Assembly (NCBI RefSeq): GCF_009914755.1
Contig: NC_060931.1
Source: the human T2T-CHM13v2.0 reference genome, Homo sapiens
Reading direction: 5' to 3' (one strand)
Length of the DNA: 64,000 nt
Under the pieces are notes generated by a model. It saw nothing but the letters and a program-made list of their open reading frames with translations, did no database searches and was not told the DNA's origin. Positions 61,570 to 64,000 of the stretch are shown piece after piece. The position numbers and the translations under genes were made by a program. Positions within the stretch are counted from its first letter, which is position 1, and each line of letters starts with the position of its first letter.

Positions 61570-61945
61570 TTATTAGGTATCTGTGTTAAGGATCCTTGCC
61601 CATTTTTTAGTCAGGTTGTTTGTTCCCTCTTTGCTGAGTTTTAAGAGTTCTTAGTATAATATACTTTGGATAACAGTCCTTTATCAGAAACTTATCTTGC
61701 AAATATATTCTCCCAATTGGTGGCTTTATTTTCATTATTTTTAACAGAGAAGAAATTTTAATGAAAACCAGCTTATCAATTCTTTCTTTCATGTATTGTG
61801 TATTTTATGTTATTTCTAAAAATTAATCACCAAACAAAGCCATTTACATTTTCTTCTATGTTGTCTTCTAGAAGTTTAATAGTTTTGTGTTTTACATTTA
61901 AGTCTGTGATCCACTTTAAGTTAATTTTTATGTGTGGTATATATT
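61570..61945 (-). mobile_element. L1M (MB/MC-like) ORF2 fragment
   Basis: ORF 61607..61792 (MKERIDKLVFIKI) and tttacatttaagtctgtgatccactttaagttaattttt. Confidence 0.75.
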
Positions 61946-62414
61946 TTAAAGAAAGAAGGAATAAGGTATTTTGACTAAAGAAATGGTATGGTCACCACCA
62001 AAGTAATATTCTGCGTTTTGCTAATTCACAGTGTAACACAAAAATAATAAAATAATTACAAGGGACTTCTGTTCATGAGTAGTTTTCCTTATACATATCA
62101 GGCAATGTAGAACAGTAGGATTTAAGAGTACATAGTCAGTACTATTTTTTTGCCACGTAATTTCCATTCCCCATGAATACACGTGCACTCAAATATATTA
62201 AATATATATGTATACATTTTATATATATGAATCTTAAACATAATATGTACCCATTATTCATTTTATAGCTTCATTAACACCATCATCTTCATTAATATTA
62301 TTATTCCACTTGATATTCAGCTGACTTTTAATTGTCTGAGCATAGAGTGACTTAAATTGGTCAACATGGATTAAAGTGTATGGCTTTATTACTTGAATAA
62401 GTTTCTGTCCATTC

Positions 62415-62904
62415 TGATGCAGGACAGGTGAGCTCCCAATTGGAGCTTATCCCAGGAAGTTTCTTTGCTTCACCCAGGAAATAATTCAAAGGTGAGCTGA
62501 TAGAAGAAAACAGCCTAAATGAAATGGCAGTGTTACAGCTCAGGCTGTGTTATGACCCTCTGACTCCTCCTACAGAGCAGGACTACCCCATGGGCAGTAT
62601 GCAGAGAGTAGCAGCTCAGGGCAGTTCTGCAGTCATATTTATACTTGTTTTTAATTACATGCAGATTAAAGAGAGGTTTATGTAGAAATTTCTAGGAAAA
62701 GCGTAACTTCTGGGCCATTGGTCATTGTCATTGGAAAGGGGCAGTAACTCCTGAGTGTTACCATGGCAATGGTAAACTGACTTGGCACACTGGTGGGCAT
62801 GTCTTATGGAAAGCTGCTTCTGCCCCATTTCTGTTTTAGCTAGTCCTCAGTTTGGTTCCTTGTTCGAGCCCCATCTACAGAGTCAAGTCCCACCTCCTAC
62901 CTCA
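62415..62904 (-). mobile_element. MER66-like ERV1 solo LTR
   Basis: TG...CA termini, 490 bp, perfect 4-bp TSD ATTC (62411-62414 / 62905-62908). The end ttagctagtcctcag...gagtcaagtcccacctcctacctca matches the recalled MER66 terminus. Confidence 0.85.
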
Positions 62905-63195
62905 ATTCCACTGGATGAACAAAAGGAATATTTCCGCAGGTGCTGCCTGCAGCTCAAATATCTTGTGACCAAAAGAGGAACAAGCTGAGCTGCCATTTCT
63001 AGGAGGGCATAGTGAAGATACGGAAAGTATCTCAATCTTTGATGACACTGTTTAGTTGCTAAATTAACCAAGTATGAGTCCCCTCCTCCCTCTCCCTCCT
63101 CACCCCTAGATTTTTGTTATGTGGGATAATAAATCCCCTTACTGTTTTAGCTGGATAGAGTCAGAAATTACATTAATTACATTCAAACTCTCCCT
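62905..63195 (+). mobile_element. Old MLT1(J/K/L)-like LTR remnant
   Basis: gctgccattt...agatttttgttatgtgggataataaatccccttactgtttt; weak match. Confidence 0.4.
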
Positions 63196-63224
63196 GGTAC
63201 TGAGACAAAGTTTTAAGTACTAGA

Positions 63225-63345
63225 TTTTTCTCTTATAATCTGTGTGACCTTATTAAAATTATTAATGTTATTGGGGTTTGGTTTACTCAACTGTAAAGTT
63301 ATTTGGGTGACACATTCCAACACAAAATCATGTTATGTTTCCTGT
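63225..63345 (+). mobile_element. MIR remnant
   Basis: ctgtgtgaccttattaaaattattaa...ggtttactcaactgtaaa. Confidence 0.45.
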
Positions 63346-64000
63346 AGACCCGATGATCAAATTTAGTTTATAAAAATCTGAGTATGCATAGCAGAGGATT
63401 TTTTGTGTGACTCATTCTGGCAATTTATGATGCAAATTATAGATTTTTCCTCTATTCCCCAGAATCTAATATAGTAGGATGTTCTTAATTCTTACAGTTC
63501 CTCAAGTTCCTGAGGGCGGAGACTCCATGTGAAATGATTCTAGTTATAATAGTCACTTCTCTTTGGTTGAAGTAACTGTTAATTAAGAGACCATCAAACT
63601 CACATGTTTCTCTCAATAGCCTACCTTTGTATATTCAAAGCGGTTGATGAGCCTGCAGGATATAAAAAAATGCTGAAGGAATCATGGTTTTCCTTGATAT
63701 CTAAGAACAGATGTGCATGATGTCTGTCTAGGGTGAAATGTAAATCTGGATAATTATATATTACACCTGCCTATTTTTCTCCCTGAAGCATTCTCAATTA
63801 GGTTTTGGAGAGTACTGCCCACAATCACAAAGTCACCATCTGCTCTTTTAAACAACTATACTAATTTTGCTAAACGAAATGGAGCTTATATAATGGGTTT
63901 GCATTATAATTTATTTAATTTTTCAGTTTAAATCAAGAGGAGCAGAGCTATTGAACTTGCTCAGTTTTGTCTTTTGTTTTCTTGTAAAGATGACCCTGCT

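Overview
AT-rich, CpG-poor primate (probably ape or human) intergenic or deep-intronic DNA made mostly of transposable-element fossils. I find no supportable protein-coding exon, RNA gene, CpG island or CRISPR array. The longer ORFs in the track are decayed LINE-1 ORF2, Alu read-throughs, one ERV-L dUTPase remnant, or chance ORFs. Content: about 18 L1 copies or fragments of many ages (L1ME/MC/MA to L1PA3), 10 Alu/FRAM copies, MaLR and ERV1 solo LTRs (one nested), Tigger/Charlie/Mariner DNA-transposon derivatives, L2/MIR remnants and microsatellites. The most notable structure is three 5'-inverted (twin-primed) L1PA insertions within about 21 kb, each with a different junction type: an exact inversion, an 8-bp hairpin junction suggesting snap-back synthesis, and a TSD-less copy missing about 1.7 kb. 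A possible fourth lies at 9.6-10.3 kb. I do not see a new biological system here; the findings concern insertion and repair mechanisms. Subfamily names come from recalled consensus sequences, not from a search, and boundaries of old repeats are approximate.
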